Source of the DNA: Anaerolineales bacterium
Lineage (GTDB): Bacteria; Chloroflexota; Anaerolineae; Anaerolineales; E44-bin32
Assembly (NCBI GenBank): GCA_016927115.1
Contig: JAFGNH010000080.1
Coordinates: forward strand, 1,492-65,491
Length of the DNA stretch: 64,000 nucleotides
Reading direction: 5' to 3'
Shown here: positions 29,474 to 38,236 of the stretch, in pieces
Layout of the letters: each line of letters opens with the position of its first letter
How positions within the stretch are numbered: position 1 is the first letter of the stretch
Translations under genes and position numbers: made by a program
The notes under the pieces: generated by a model
Told to the model about the DNA's origin: nothing
Databases searched by the model: none
What the model saw: only the letters and a program-made list of their open reading frames with translations

Positions 29474-30099
29474 AATTTTCTTACGAATGCCACAATGATA
29501 AGCAGGAATCCAGAAGGAGAGATTAGCGCAAACGTGGCAGTCCTTATCAAAGTGACCATTTTGCAGCAGCAGGGAAAACGAAAGATCTTACTGGAAGATT
29601 CCCCTCAGAAAAAATCTAAAACTGCCAGGGAAACGTGCTTCTACCGGGACTGATTGACACTCATGTGTACAAGGCTCAGGCGTTGATCCGGGAGATGTGT
29701 ATGGTAAGCTATCTGGCAAAACTGCGTGTGCAAGAGCCAACTATGGTGCCTGCAGAAGCAGTTTTGGAGATGGCGACGATCAATGGGTCGAAAGCGATGG
29801 GGTTGGAAGGTCAGATCGGCTCTAACGAGGTTGGTAAGAAGGCCGACTTTATCATTATCGATATGGATAAACCGCATCTTACACCGGCTCCGGATCCTGT
29901 CTCGACAATTGTGTATGCCGCCCATGGCAGCGATGTGGATACCGTGGTCATCGATGGAAGGTCGGTGATGAAACATCGTGAAGTACAAACGTTGGATGAG
30001 CAGTCTATTTTATCTGATGCCCGCAGGCGTTTCCCGGAAGTGAAAAAGCGGGGTGGACTTGATATCAGCCCGCGCTGGCCTGTGGTGCAGCTGTCGTAG
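29474..30099 (+). pseudogene. Decayed amidohydrolase (MtaD/SsnA/cytosine-deaminase-like) gene: frameshifted N-terminus plus a large internal deletion
   Basis: One frame (29474..) reads NFLTNATMISRNPEGEISANVAVLIK, the N-terminal beta-sandwich of metal-dependent amidohydrolases. It is preceded by a TAG and lacks a start codon. A second frame (29635..30099) reads VLLPGLIDTHVY (a degenerate HxH motif), then only about 25 residues later reaches the C-terminal AVLEMATINGSKAMGL...GKKADFIIID...VDTVVIDGRSVM. The total is about 200 codons. Confidence 0.55.
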
Positions 30100-30121
30100 A
30101 ATCTCCAGAAAAAGTAATCAA

Positions 30122-30156
30122 CGCTCTGTTTTAGCTTTACCAGCCAATACAGAGCG
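30122..30156. terminator. Hairpin between convergent genes (possible bidirectional terminator)
   Basis: cgctctgt (30122..30129) pairs with acagagcg (30149..30156). On the minus strand it is followed by a T-rich stretch. It lies downstream of the last gene of the nine-gene operon. Confidence 0.35.
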
Positions 30157-30213
30157 CTGATGTTTCCCCGGGATTCAGCTGTAGTTGCTATGTACCAGAG
30201 ATCAAGGGACAGC

Positions 30214-30402
30214 TTAGACAATCCCTACACAGCTAAGGAAGAACCAGATCATAAAGGGGGCACCGGTGGAGAGAGCCGTCAGGAGGAACGCTGCCAGCGG
30301 CTGATTGTGTTTTCTGTAGATCAGCCTGGATAGAACGCCCAGGCAGATCAGCAGAATCAGCAGTTCCAGGATTATTAATAAAGGCGGTATTTGCATCATC
30401 AT
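30214..30402 (-). CDS. Small membrane protein (about 62 aa, 2 TM helices)
   Basis: I shortened the 123-aa ORF to the ATG at 30402 (MMMQIPPLLIILELLILLICLGVL...), which lies 2 nt after the upstream stop. The rest of the long ORF overlaps the upstream gene. Confidence 0.45.
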   Translation of the reverse strand: MMMQIPPLLIILELLILLICLGVLSRLIYRKHNQPLAAFLLTALSTGAPFMIWFFLSCVGIV

Positions 30403-30404
30403 GA

Positions 30405-30875
30405 CTATCCTCCCAGCAGAAGAAAGAGCAGTGTCCACACAGCAGCTGAAGCGAGTATGGTGCCTGCGAAACGCCGCCGGCTGTCCAGCTTGCAGCGATG
30501 CCGCAGCACTGCTGCAAACAACACCCCACCCCCCAGGTTGACCAGGAGCAGTCCCCAGAACCCTATGAAGAGTTCCATAAACCACGCTGCAGGAAGGATC
30601 ATAAAGCTGAAGATCAACGTAACCCAGAAAGGGCTTTTCCAGCCGGGGGTATCAGTCTCCGGTGGTTCTGATATTTCTTCCATATCAGCGAAACTCACGC
30701 TGGATGGTGTCGGGAAGGCGGCAGGATCAAGCTGCGTGGGTGCCTGCGTATTGAAGGATGAATCTGCAGGCAGTTCTTCTGTTGAAGACAGTTTTTTTCC
30801 ACAAAACCCGCAGAAAACGGCGTCGGAAGGAATTGCACTCCTACAGAAAGGGCAGAAATGCTGAGCTTGCTTCAT
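30405..30875 (-). CDS. Zinc-ribbon membrane protein
   Basis: 156 aa. It has an N-terminal CPFC-x11-CGFCG zinc ribbon, an acidic linker, then 3-4 TM helices. Confidence 0.7.
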   Translation of the reverse strand: MKQAQHFCPFCRSAIPSDAVFCGFCGKKLSSTEELPADSSFNTQAPTQLDPAAFPTPSSVSFADMEEISEPPETDTPGWKSPFWVTLIFSFMILPAAWFMELFIGFWGLLLVNLGGGVLFAAVLRHRCKLDSRRRFAGTILASAAVWTLLFLLLGG

Positions 30876-30927
30876 GATCGTTTCTCCATTACAGAACTCA
30901 TTTCCTGTTCACAGCGGGCTGCAGTTC

Positions 30928-32547
30928 TTATTCTGCCTGCTGCTGAATGTCTGAACTGATGAACCGGCGGGCCAGTGTATGGGCAGAAAAGTACATTGCC
31001 AGGGTTGTAACAAGCGGTGTGAGCCAGATCCATATTTCGAACCATACGTCTCCCAGGCTGAAACCGAAATTGAATCTGCTGAATTCGATAAGGTAATTTC
31101 CAACGGGAGTGGCCAGAGCGAAAGCGGCCCCCCAGAAAAGACCCAGCCAACCAGCCAGTTTCCAATCAGGTTTACGGGGGTTCAACAGGACAACAGTGCC
31201 TGCAGCTGACAGTCCCATGCATAAGAATGACACCAGAGACCAGGACATGTTGGGAGGCAGGTGCCAGCTCCATTCCACGCCGAGCCAGACACGAAGCATG
31301 GACAGGACTACCCACAGCAGCACAGTGCCGCCCATCAGCGGAAGGCTGATCCGGGTGAACTGGCGGATGGCAATCAGTGTGAAGATGCCACCGATGAGGC
31401 CCATAGCAGCGAAAGGCCATACATAATGCATATCAGTTAAGGCAAAGAGTGAGGTGATAACAAGCTCTGCCAGAGCCCAGCCGAGGAAAACCAGGCCAAG
31501 GCTGCTCCATAGTCGCCTGGTGTCGGGCTTTTTCTGCTCTTTTTCAGCAGCCAGTGAGTCGTTCAAAAGCCAGACCAGAAAGGCCCCCAGGAGTATTCCC
31601 ATAAGACCGTACGCTACAAGCGAACCAACATGGATAGCGCGTGCTCTGATACGAAACAGGGGAAACCAGCCGGAGAGCAGGATATACGCAAGGATGAACA
31701 TTCCTGTTATCCCGGTTGCCAACCAGCTGAGTCCCAATCCGAGTGCTTTGCCCCACTGCCGGGACCTGCCGAAGAGGAACAAGCCAAGTACAAGCCCTGC
31801 AACGCCTGGAATCGCGCCTTCGAACAGCATGGATCGCAGCTCCCAGTTAAAATACATTAATGAGTAGCCAATGTTGATCATTGCATACCAGAGAAATGTA
31901 AGGATCAACGTGCCTGCTGCTGCCTGCCACCAGTGTGTCAACCAGCCGTAAAGCCTGAGCAGGATGCAAATTACCCCGCTTGAAAAAAAGCCTAGTACAG
32001 TAAAGAACAGGACAAGGTCGAGGGCAACAATTTGCTTATGGGCCAGGTAGCCTGCAGCACTGCCCAGCATGGTTCCAAGGCCGGTGATCAGTACAATCCA
32101 TCCCGGCATAACCCCCGGTTTTACCGGGGTGCTTTTACGTTCTTTCTTGCGCCGCAGCTCACGCAGTTCCTTCTCCGGAGCTGTCTGCTTCTTCTCCGAT
32201 TTTGATTTTTCCAGTGCATGCCCGCATTCGATGCAGAAGCGTGCATCCACCATATTCATTTTTCCGCACTGCGGGCAGACGGTTCCACCCTGCAGTGATG
32301 GTGGAGGTGCTTCCTCCATCACCTGGGTTGGTGTATCTGCACGATCGATCCGTGTGACTGCATCCATATCAATATCGGGAGGAGAGGCTCCGGCCGGTGG
32401 GGTTTCTGATTGGGCCGGCTGCTGATCTAGTGTTTCTGTATCTGCGTCTATTCCGGGTATTTCCGATGAGGGCGAAAGCCGGGCTCCGCAGTATCCGCAG
32501 AACAGCTTGTCATCCGGGATTTCCTTGTTGCAGTTTGGGCATATCAT
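30928..32547 (-). CDS. Double zinc-ribbon polytopic membrane protein
   Basis: 539 aa. It has CPNC-x11-CGYCG and CPQC-x11-CIECG ribbons, a basic linker (RELRRKKERK), then about 12 hydrophobic helices. Confidence 0.75.
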   Translation of the reverse strand: MICPNCNKEIPDDKLFCGYCGARLSPSSEIPGIDADTETLDQQPAQSETPPAGASPPDIDMDAVTRIDRADTPTQVMEEAPPPSLQGGTVCPQCGKMNMVDARFCIECGHALEKSKSEKKQTAPEKELRELRRKKERKSTPVKPGVMPGWIVLITGLGTMLGSAAGYLAHKQIVALDLVLFFTVLGFFSSGVICILLRLYGWLTHWWQAAAGTLILTFLWYAMINIGYSLMYFNWELRSMLFEGAIPGVAGLVLGLFLFGRSRQWGKALGLGLSWLATGITGMFILAYILLSGWFPLFRIRARAIHVGSLVAYGLMGILLGAFLVWLLNDSLAAEKEQKKPDTRRLWSSLGLVFLGWALAELVITSLFALTDMHYVWPFAAMGLIGGIFTLIAIRQFTRISLPLMGGTVLLWVVLSMLRVWLGVEWSWHLPPNMSWSLVSFLCMGLSAAGTVVLLNPRKPDWKLAGWLGLFWGAAFALATPVGNYLIEFSRFNFGFSLGDVWFEIWIWLTPLVTTLAMYFSAHTLARRFISSDIQQQAE

Positions 32548-32618
32548 GATAGTCTCTTCTCCTGATTAAAATCTGTAAATCACACCGGTTCCTGCTGCCG
32601 GATTCCATATTCTATTTA

Positions 32619-34034
32619 TCAGAATTCTATACCAATTGTGCCGTCAGTTTTGATAAACATGTCACCGCCTTCAAAATCCGGCCGGCTGCCGTCGTGCCAT
32701 ACCATTGTGCCATCCCCTAAAACTTCATCAGGCGGCGGGATTTCTGGGCGGGTATCGTAGCTGCTGTAGTCGGAATCTCCGCTGCCCTGTCGGTCTTCGG
32801 CGTCGATGATCATGTCTATCGGAATAGCTGAAGCAGGCAGAGCCGGGATCTCGCCAGGTTCACCATCAGAAATATCACCTGCAGGGGGAGTGTAATCGTC
32901 CTGGATCATATCAATCGGGATGATATCAGCAGGAAGGACGTTTACAGGATACTCTTCGTCATCCGCAGTACTTCTCCTGTCACTATCCTTGACAGTATCT
33001 CCACCACTGAGATAAGAATCGGCGACAGAAGCGCCAATGGGGACAATAACCTGCAAGGAGCTTAATACCAGATCACCCAAGCCGGCGAAGGTGCGCATGG
33101 TGGGGAAAGTCAGTTTCTCTCCTGTTAGTTCCTCTGCCGTCTCTGCAAGGATCTCATCTGTCAGGGCTGTGTTTGGATCGAGGTTTTTAAGCCGGATCTG
33201 ATTCTCAGAAAGCTCTGGTGCAGCGCGGTCAAGGTTATCAGATCCCATATCTGATGCGGATCCGGATGAGGTTTCAGGAGTGCCGGGATTTTCCTGGCCA
33301 GTTTCGATTTCCGATGAATCCGGAGCAGGTATTGCAGCAGTTTCAAGAGGCTGCTGTGCTGCCCCGCCGCTGTTTTGTACCACAAATAGACCGGATTCGC
33401 TCTTAAGTACAAGGGGCGGGATCGTGGCTTCAAGGACAACAGAAAGGGGTTCTGCACCTGACTCAAGGGTGGGGATATCCAGGGTCTGTCCCGGGAAAAT
33501 CGTACCAGGGTTGTCACCGATAATACTTCGGTTGGCTTCGTGGATCAGCGGCCATAGTTCGGCGCGGCCGTAATAGCGCAGTGCCAGGCTGGACAGCATC
33601 TCACCCTCGGCGACCGTATGTTCCGTCAGGATAGTTCGTTCCAGCTTGGGCGTTTCAGCCGATTCCGGGACAGTTTCATCCTGGCGGCTGAGGTAAATCT
33701 GTTCTACAGGACTGTTTTCACGAATAAGCTTTGATGCCTCGCTTTTTTCGAAAACGGGGATCTCCTTGAGCGGGTCCTGTAAGCCTTTAACAAACGCTTG
33801 CGGCTCTGTTTCGACTGAATCAAGGTATTCCTGGAAGGCGCCCTTGAAGGCTTCAACAAGGTTCTCTAAAAGTGATGTGAATAATGTCTGGATTGCTTCA
33901 GCGTTGGAGTAATCGAGGATTCTCTCCAGGAAAGAACCGGGTTCATGGTTCAAATCATCCAGCTCGCTGCTTTCCAGCGAACCGCTATCAAATGTCTCCA
34001 TCGGGTCAACAAGTGAAAAAATATCGTCGTTCAT
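32619..34034 (-). CDS. Leaderless LysM-domain protein (short paralog)
   Basis: The LysM domain is HTVAEGEMLSSLALRYYGRAELWPLIHEANRSIIGDNPGTIFPGQTLDIP. The N-terminal segment EPGSFLERILDYSNAEAIQTLFTSLLENLVEAFKGAFQEYL is homologous to the N-terminus of the 1096-aa protein. The protein ends in GTIGIEF and has no signal peptide. I preferred the ATG at 34034 (AGGA upstream). The ORF-track GTG at 34058 is an alternative. Confidence 0.8.
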   Translation of the reverse strand: MNDDIFSLVDPMETFDSGSLESSELDDLNHEPGSFLERILDYSNAEAIQTLFTSLLENLVEAFKGAFQEYLDSVETEPQAFVKGLQDPLKEIPVFEKSEASKLIRENSPVEQIYLSRQDETVPESAETPKLERTILTEHTVAEGEMLSSLALRYYGRAELWPLIHEANRSIIGDNPGTIFPGQTLDIPTLESGAEPLSVVLEATIPPLVLKSESGLFVVQNSGGAAQQPLETAAIPAPDSSEIETGQENPGTPETSSGSASDMGSDNLDRAAPELSENQIRLKNLDPNTALTDEILAETAEELTGEKLTFPTMRTFAGLGDLVLSSLQVIVPIGASVADSYLSGGDTVKDSDRRSTADDEEYPVNVLPADIIPIDMIQDDYTPPAGDISDGEPGEIPALPASAIPIDMIIDAEDRQGSGDSDYSSYDTRPEIPPPDEVLGDGTMVWHDGSRPDFEGGDMFIKTDGTIGIEF

Positions 34035-34089
34035 CTTTCTTTCCTTTGTTCGCTCCACCTTGCATGTGAAACAAAGAGTGCGAAACCGA

Positions 34090-34824
34090 CTATATTGCAG
34101 GTGCCTCCTCTTTTTTCTGGCTGAGATGGCGGATCAGGAGCTGGTTGGCAGCCTGGAACTGTTTCAGTTCCTCAGATGGGAATGGGAACCGTGCGTTCGC
34201 CATACCCAGGACCAGCAGGCAATATGCCAGGTTACCCAGATGAGCTGATGAAATGTAGGCCTGGGTGATCCCCAGCGAACGCCAAAGATGAGCTAACGCG
34301 AATCGCCAGGTTGTTTGCAGCGGATCCTGCTCTTTTTCCGGCTTTGCGGCGTTTTCTTCCAGCATCTGATGCAGGAGCGAGTAGTCCGGATGGCTGATGA
34401 GCACGAAGTGCCCGTAGCGGCAGGGAGCTGCACAGTATTGGCAGCCCCGGGATTTCCTGAGGCGGTTCTGTTCGCTTGATCGACCGGGTGAACCGGCCAG
34501 GAGCGCCATCAAGGTGCTGAATACCCAGGCAGCACGTGGAGACTGGTGGGCAAGCCGGGCTGAGTGCGTGAGAGTTCCTGCAAACCTCTCATTGGGAGTC
34601 TGCTTTGCCAGGTAGAATTCGATGATTTTTTGGCAGGCCTCGGGAACTGTTTCAGCAAAGTATGCTGGAGTTTTCAATCCGGCGCGCTGAGCCAGTGCCT
34701 GGCGCAGCGGTCCTCCGGCCTGTTTGAAGTTATAGATATGCTCCGGCGGGCAGAAAGACAGAAGGTGCAGATAACTCGCTGTTTGCTGCAATCCCTGGGG
34801 AAGATGTTTTTCTGTTTGAGTCAT
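34090..34824 (-). CDS. Cys-rich protein of unknown family (paralog of 38237..38953)
   Basis: 244 aa with AGGAGG upstream. Blocks conserved with its paralog are SYLHLLSFCPPE, RGCQYCAAPCRYGHFVLIS and HLGNLAYCLLVLGMANARFPFP. Confidence 0.7.
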   Translation of the reverse strand: MTQTEKHLPQGLQQTASYLHLLSFCPPEHIYNFKQAGGPLRQALAQRAGLKTPAYFAETVPEACQKIIEFYLAKQTPNERFAGTLTHSARLAHQSPRAAWVFSTLMALLAGSPGRSSEQNRLRKSRGCQYCAAPCRYGHFVLISHPDYSLLHQMLEENAAKPEKEQDPLQTTWRFALAHLWRSLGITQAYISSAHLGNLAYCLLVLGMANARFPFPSEELKQFQAANQLLIRHLSQKKEEAPAI

Positions 34825-34882
34825 ATTTTTCCTCCTCTTAACGCTGTGGTGGAGTCCGAATGAACAGGTCCAACCGGTTTTG

Positions 34883-37800
34883 TTAGAACTCGATAGTCAC
34901 ACCACCGGGTTCCCCGCCGGTTTGAAGGAATTCACGGAGTTCTCCCGAAGGAATCCAGTCATCTTTGATCATGCCGCGCTGGTACAGCTCCTGCATTCGA
35001 TCCAGGCGATTGTCTCCGGCGCCGGCAGTGGTCTGCAGTTTGAAATCGAAATTGATATTAACCAGGTCTTGAAGGCCGAGTTGGAGAAGATCGTCACGAT
35101 TGAGGATATCGTCGCGATTGAGGATGTCATCACGGTTGAGGATATCCCAGCGAACCGTGGTGGGCAGATCAGCATAGTTGAGAATACCTCCCTGACTCGG
35201 GATGCAGATTTCTTTCAGGACTGAGGGCCAGGTTTCTGCGGATGGAAATGCTGCCTCCCGCAGGGAAGAATACAGGCTGGCGGGTATGGCCGATGCCGGG
35301 ATTGCTCCAGCGGCAACTTCCTGGCCGATAAAAATCTTCGTCCATGTGGTAAGCTGGTCGCCGGAAATGTTGTTCGCTATCTCCCTGTAGTCCGAAGTGC
35401 TGAGCCAGCTGAAATCCTTCTCCATCAGGGGAATATATTCGGTGGTGTTAACCCACTGGATCATTTCATTCCGGACACTGGCGGGGATGGCGGAGGCAGG
35501 GATGGCCTGGTTTCTGAGATCGTCAAAGAGCTCCCATTTCATACTGGCGGGAATGGCACTGGCTGGGATGGCACTGATTTTCTCGGCCAGAATGCTGGCG
35601 GGGATAGCGCGGGTGAACTCGTTCATGATGCTGGCGGGTATCGCCCGCGATCCGCCTTCACCGGCATTAAAAATTTCCACCATCAGGCTGGCTGGAATGG
35701 CGGAAGCCGGGATGGCGCTGGCAGGAATAGCGCGGGCAAGGGTTTCAAGCATACTGGCAGGGATTGCATCGGCGCTGAGCTCACCGGTATTCACCATGGA
35801 AATTAGGTCTGACGGACCCAGTGAATTCATCACACTGGCAATCTCTGACCGCAGGCTGGCCGGGATGGCGGAGGCCGGAATGGCTGATTGGATGTCCAGG
35901 AGGATGCTGGCGGGGATGGCGGAAGCTGGAATGGCAGAGGCTGGAATAGCACCAGCATCGATGTCTTTGAAAATCTCGACATATATACTGGCGGGAATTG
36001 CTGATGCCGGGATGGCCGACGCCGGGATGGCGCTGGCGGGTATGGCGCTGGCCGGTATTGCCTCGGCAATCGCCTGTAAAAGGCTGGCTGGAATAGCGGA
36101 AGCCGGGATGGCACTTGCCGGGATGGCCTGGGCCAGGTCCTGCAGGGCACTGGCGGGGATGGCTGAAGCCGGGATCGCTCCGTTTTCAATCCGGTTAAGG
36201 ACGGCTCCGAGGAAATCATCGCGGTTGAGAATATCATCTCGATTCAGGATATCATCGCGGTTGAGAATTTCCATCAGAACGTCAGGATCGAAGGCACCGG
36301 GGTTTACAGGATGGGCATACAGGTCCCCGGCTGCCAGCCGCTCCATCACACCATCGAAGAAGCCTGTGGGGATCTGGTCCAGGGGTACAGAGTTCAGGAT
36401 GTCTACCAGTTTTTCACTGGCGATTCCCTGCAGCAGGAAGGGTTCTTCGGCCGCGATCCGGCACAGCCGCTCATCGGGAAACAGCGAAAGGTATTCTGAG
36501 CTGCTCCAGTTCTTTGCCAGCCAACTGCTGGCGAGCAGCGGGTCCACAAGCGAATCAGTCATATCTGAAACGCTGATCCGTCCATCGTGCAGCGCCTGGG
36601 CGATCTGTTCGTACTGCTTAACCGGCAGCCATTCCGCGTCGTAATCACCCGAACTGATACCGGAGAGCAGGTCGTTCACATCGGCGGGAAGCTGCAGCTG
36701 GCCGCTATCATACAGGTCACGGGCGTAGGAGGGCAAAATCGATGGTTTCAGGCCGTGATTGAGCATCAGATCGTGTATATCCTCGCTGCTCAGCTGCTCA
36801 TCAAAGTACTCCCAGAACCCATCCTGCAGTAAGGCGCAGTTGTCGGGCAATAAAATATCACCTTCGCCGGTGCTGGCACAGGCGGTGATAAACGCACTGA
36901 GGGAATCCCTGTTCATCTGATCGAACGGCATGGCACCGGTCCACACGGCACGGGCGATCCCATCGAGCCTTTCAGGCGGCAGCTCGGAGGGCTGGATGTC
37001 TCCGGAAACAACTCGTTTCATAAAGTTACTTCCCATATCAGGAGCTTCATAGTCGGAAGCGCTGCGCGCCTCGTTGACCACGCCGGTGAGCCCGAAGATG
37101 GTCGTCTTTACACCTTCAGGCGCTTCGGCGGGCATATCGGCTGTATCTTTGGCGGCACCGCCTTCAGCCACTGCTGCAGAAGCACCCGCTTCCGCTGCTT
37201 CTGCACCCGCATCCGCATCCGCTCTATCGCCGGCGGCTTCAGCCGCTTTGCTGACTTCTTCACCCGGTTCGGCAGGCATTATTACCTGTGGTGCTTCAGC
37301 GACTCCACCAGTAACCGAAGCCCGCCCGGGATCCTGGGCAGGGATGGCAGGCGAATCTTCGTTGAAGTCAGGCATTGCATCGGCATCTGCTGGAGCGGTA
37401 TCCGAGACGGCTGCAGTACCAACTGCGGGAGCGGCAGCCTCCACGGGAGCGGCTGTATCTGCTGCTGGTGCAGTCTGCTCAGGGGGCTGGTAGGAAGCTG
37501 TCTCTACCGGCGTGTAGGTGCTCGGTGAGATCACTGTGCCCGGTCCGGGAGATGAGTCCAGTGGAGGGATCACAAATTCCTGCCCGGGATAAATCATGTT
37601 GGGGTTTTCACCAATGACAGCCTGATTGGCTTTATAAATCGCAGACCACATGGCTGCGTTTCCATAATAGTGCAGTGCAAGATGGGAGAGCGTTTCACCC
37701 TCAGACACAGTGTGTTCTGCTGCGGAGCTGGTTTCGACAGGTGTGCGCTGTTCACCCGAATCCGATACAGTACTGGAAGCAGAAGGTGTCTCTGTGAGAT

Positions 37801-38173
37801 GTGTGGATGATGCTCCGGTTGTTTCCACCATCTCCTTTTTAAACTCATCCAGCGCCTTGTCGACAAGTTCCTGGACCTCACTCTCACTGTACAGGTTTTC
37901 CTCATTCTGAAGCGGGGCTTCCAGTTCCTGCTGGAATGCCTCCGTATCGGTATGGACGATCGAGATATACTCCTGGTATGCGTCTTTGACTGCACCAGAG
38001 AGATTTTTTGCCAGGCTGACAAAGAAAGATTGAATGGCTTCAGCACTGACGTAGGAAAGGATGTTCTCAAGAACAGACCCCGGTTCCCTGACTGCCCGGT
38101 CGAGAGTTTCCAGGCCGGTTCCCATTTCTTCTGTAATTTTTGTGTCCTCAATGTGTTTATTCAAGTTGTCCAT
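34883..38173 (-). CDS. Leaderless LysM-domain giant protein with AIPAS and ILNRDD repeat arrays
   Basis: 1096 aa. It has an N-terminal domain shared with the 479-aa paralog, a LysM domain (37565..37714), an Ala/Pro/Glu-rich linker, a unique central domain, and then 27 perfect AIPAS units in 12 clusters bracketed by two ILNRDD triplets. It ends in GGVTIEF. No signal peptide or TM helix is present. Confidence 0.85.
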   Translation of the reverse strand: MDNLNKHIEDTKITEEMGTGLETLDRAVREPGSVLENILSYVSAEAIQSFFVSLAKNLSGAVKDAYQEYISIVHTDTEAFQQELEAPLQNEENLYSESEVQELVDKALDEFKKEMVETTGASSTHLTETPSASSTVSDSGEQRTPVETSSAAEHTVSEGETLSHLALHYYGNAAMWSAIYKANQAVIGENPNMIYPGQEFVIPPLDSSPGPGTVISPSTYTPVETASYQPPEQTAPAADTAAPVEAAAPAVGTAAVSDTAPADADAMPDFNEDSPAIPAQDPGRASVTGGVAEAPQVIMPAEPGEEVSKAAEAAGDRADADAGAEAAEAGASAAVAEGGAAKDTADMPAEAPEGVKTTIFGLTGVVNEARSASDYEAPDMGSNFMKRVVSGDIQPSELPPERLDGIARAVWTGAMPFDQMNRDSLSAFITACASTGEGDILLPDNCALLQDGFWEYFDEQLSSEDIHDLMLNHGLKPSILPSYARDLYDSGQLQLPADVNDLLSGISSGDYDAEWLPVKQYEQIAQALHDGRISVSDMTDSLVDPLLASSWLAKNWSSSEYLSLFPDERLCRIAAEEPFLLQGIASEKLVDILNSVPLDQIPTGFFDGVMERLAAGDLYAHPVNPGAFDPDVLMEILNRDDILNRDDILNRDDFLGAVLNRIENGAIPASAIPASALQDLAQAIPASAIPASAIPASLLQAIAEAIPASAIPASAIPASAIPASAIPASIYVEIFKDIDAGAIPASAIPASAIPASILLDIQSAIPASAIPASLRSEIASVMNSLGPSDLISMVNTGELSADAIPASMLETLARAIPASAIPASAIPASLMVEIFNAGEGGSRAIPASIMNEFTRAIPASILAEKISAIPASAIPASMKWELFDDLRNQAIPASAIPASVRNEMIQWVNTTEYIPLMEKDFSWLSTSDYREIANNISGDQLTTWTKIFIGQEVAAGAIPASAIPASLYSSLREAAFPSAETWPSVLKEICIPSQGGILNYADLPTTVRWDILNRDDILNRDDILNRDDLLQLGLQDLVNINFDFKLQTTAGAGDNRLDRMQELYQRGMIKDDWIPSGELREFLQTGGEPGGVTIEF
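35090..35143 (-). repeat. 3 x 18-bp in-frame repeat encoding ILNRDD-ILNRDD-ILNRDD (C-terminal copy)
   Basis: The units are atcgtcacgattgaggat, atcgtcgcgattgaggat and gtcatcacggttgaggat. They are identical as peptide and differ at synonymous sites. Confidence 0.9.
35276..36178 (-). repeat. Coding repeat region: 27 AIPAS pentapeptide units (15 bp each) in 12 clusters separated by short amphipathic spacers
   Basis: Read directly from the sequence. For example, gctggcgggtatggc reverse-complements to GCC ATA CCC GCC AGC, cgatgccgggattgc to GCA ATC CCG GCA TCG, and tgaagccgggatcgc to GCG ATC CCG GCT TCA. The cluster sizes are 2,3,5,3,2,1,3,1,1,2,2,2. Confidence 0.9.
36215..36268 (-). repeat. 3 x 18-bp in-frame repeat encoding ILNRDD-ILNRDD-ILNRDD (N-terminal copy)
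   Basis: The units are atcatcgcggttgagaat, atcatctcgattcaggat and atcatcgcggttgagaat. It lies immediately upstream (in protein terms) of the AIPAS region. Confidence 0.9.
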
Positions 38174-38236
38174 GAGTACCTCGAGCGTTCTTATTGGCAG
38201 ATGCAGTGTCAGTGGTGTGTGTTGGTTCCTGTCGGG

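Noticed and set aside
35276-36178. Possible CRISPR-like array (short repeats with intervening unique sequence)
   Set aside because: The repeats are 15 bp, not identical at the DNA level, often directly tandem without spacers, and perfectly in frame within a long ORF. No cas genes are in the window.
35397-36644. 415-aa plus-strand ORF with striking LAGMAEAGMA-type repeats
   Set aside because: It is the antisense mirror of the AIPAS/ILNRDD coding repeats. It lies entirely inside the 1096-aa minus-strand gene, which has proper operon context, an RBS and recognisable LysM and N-terminal domains.
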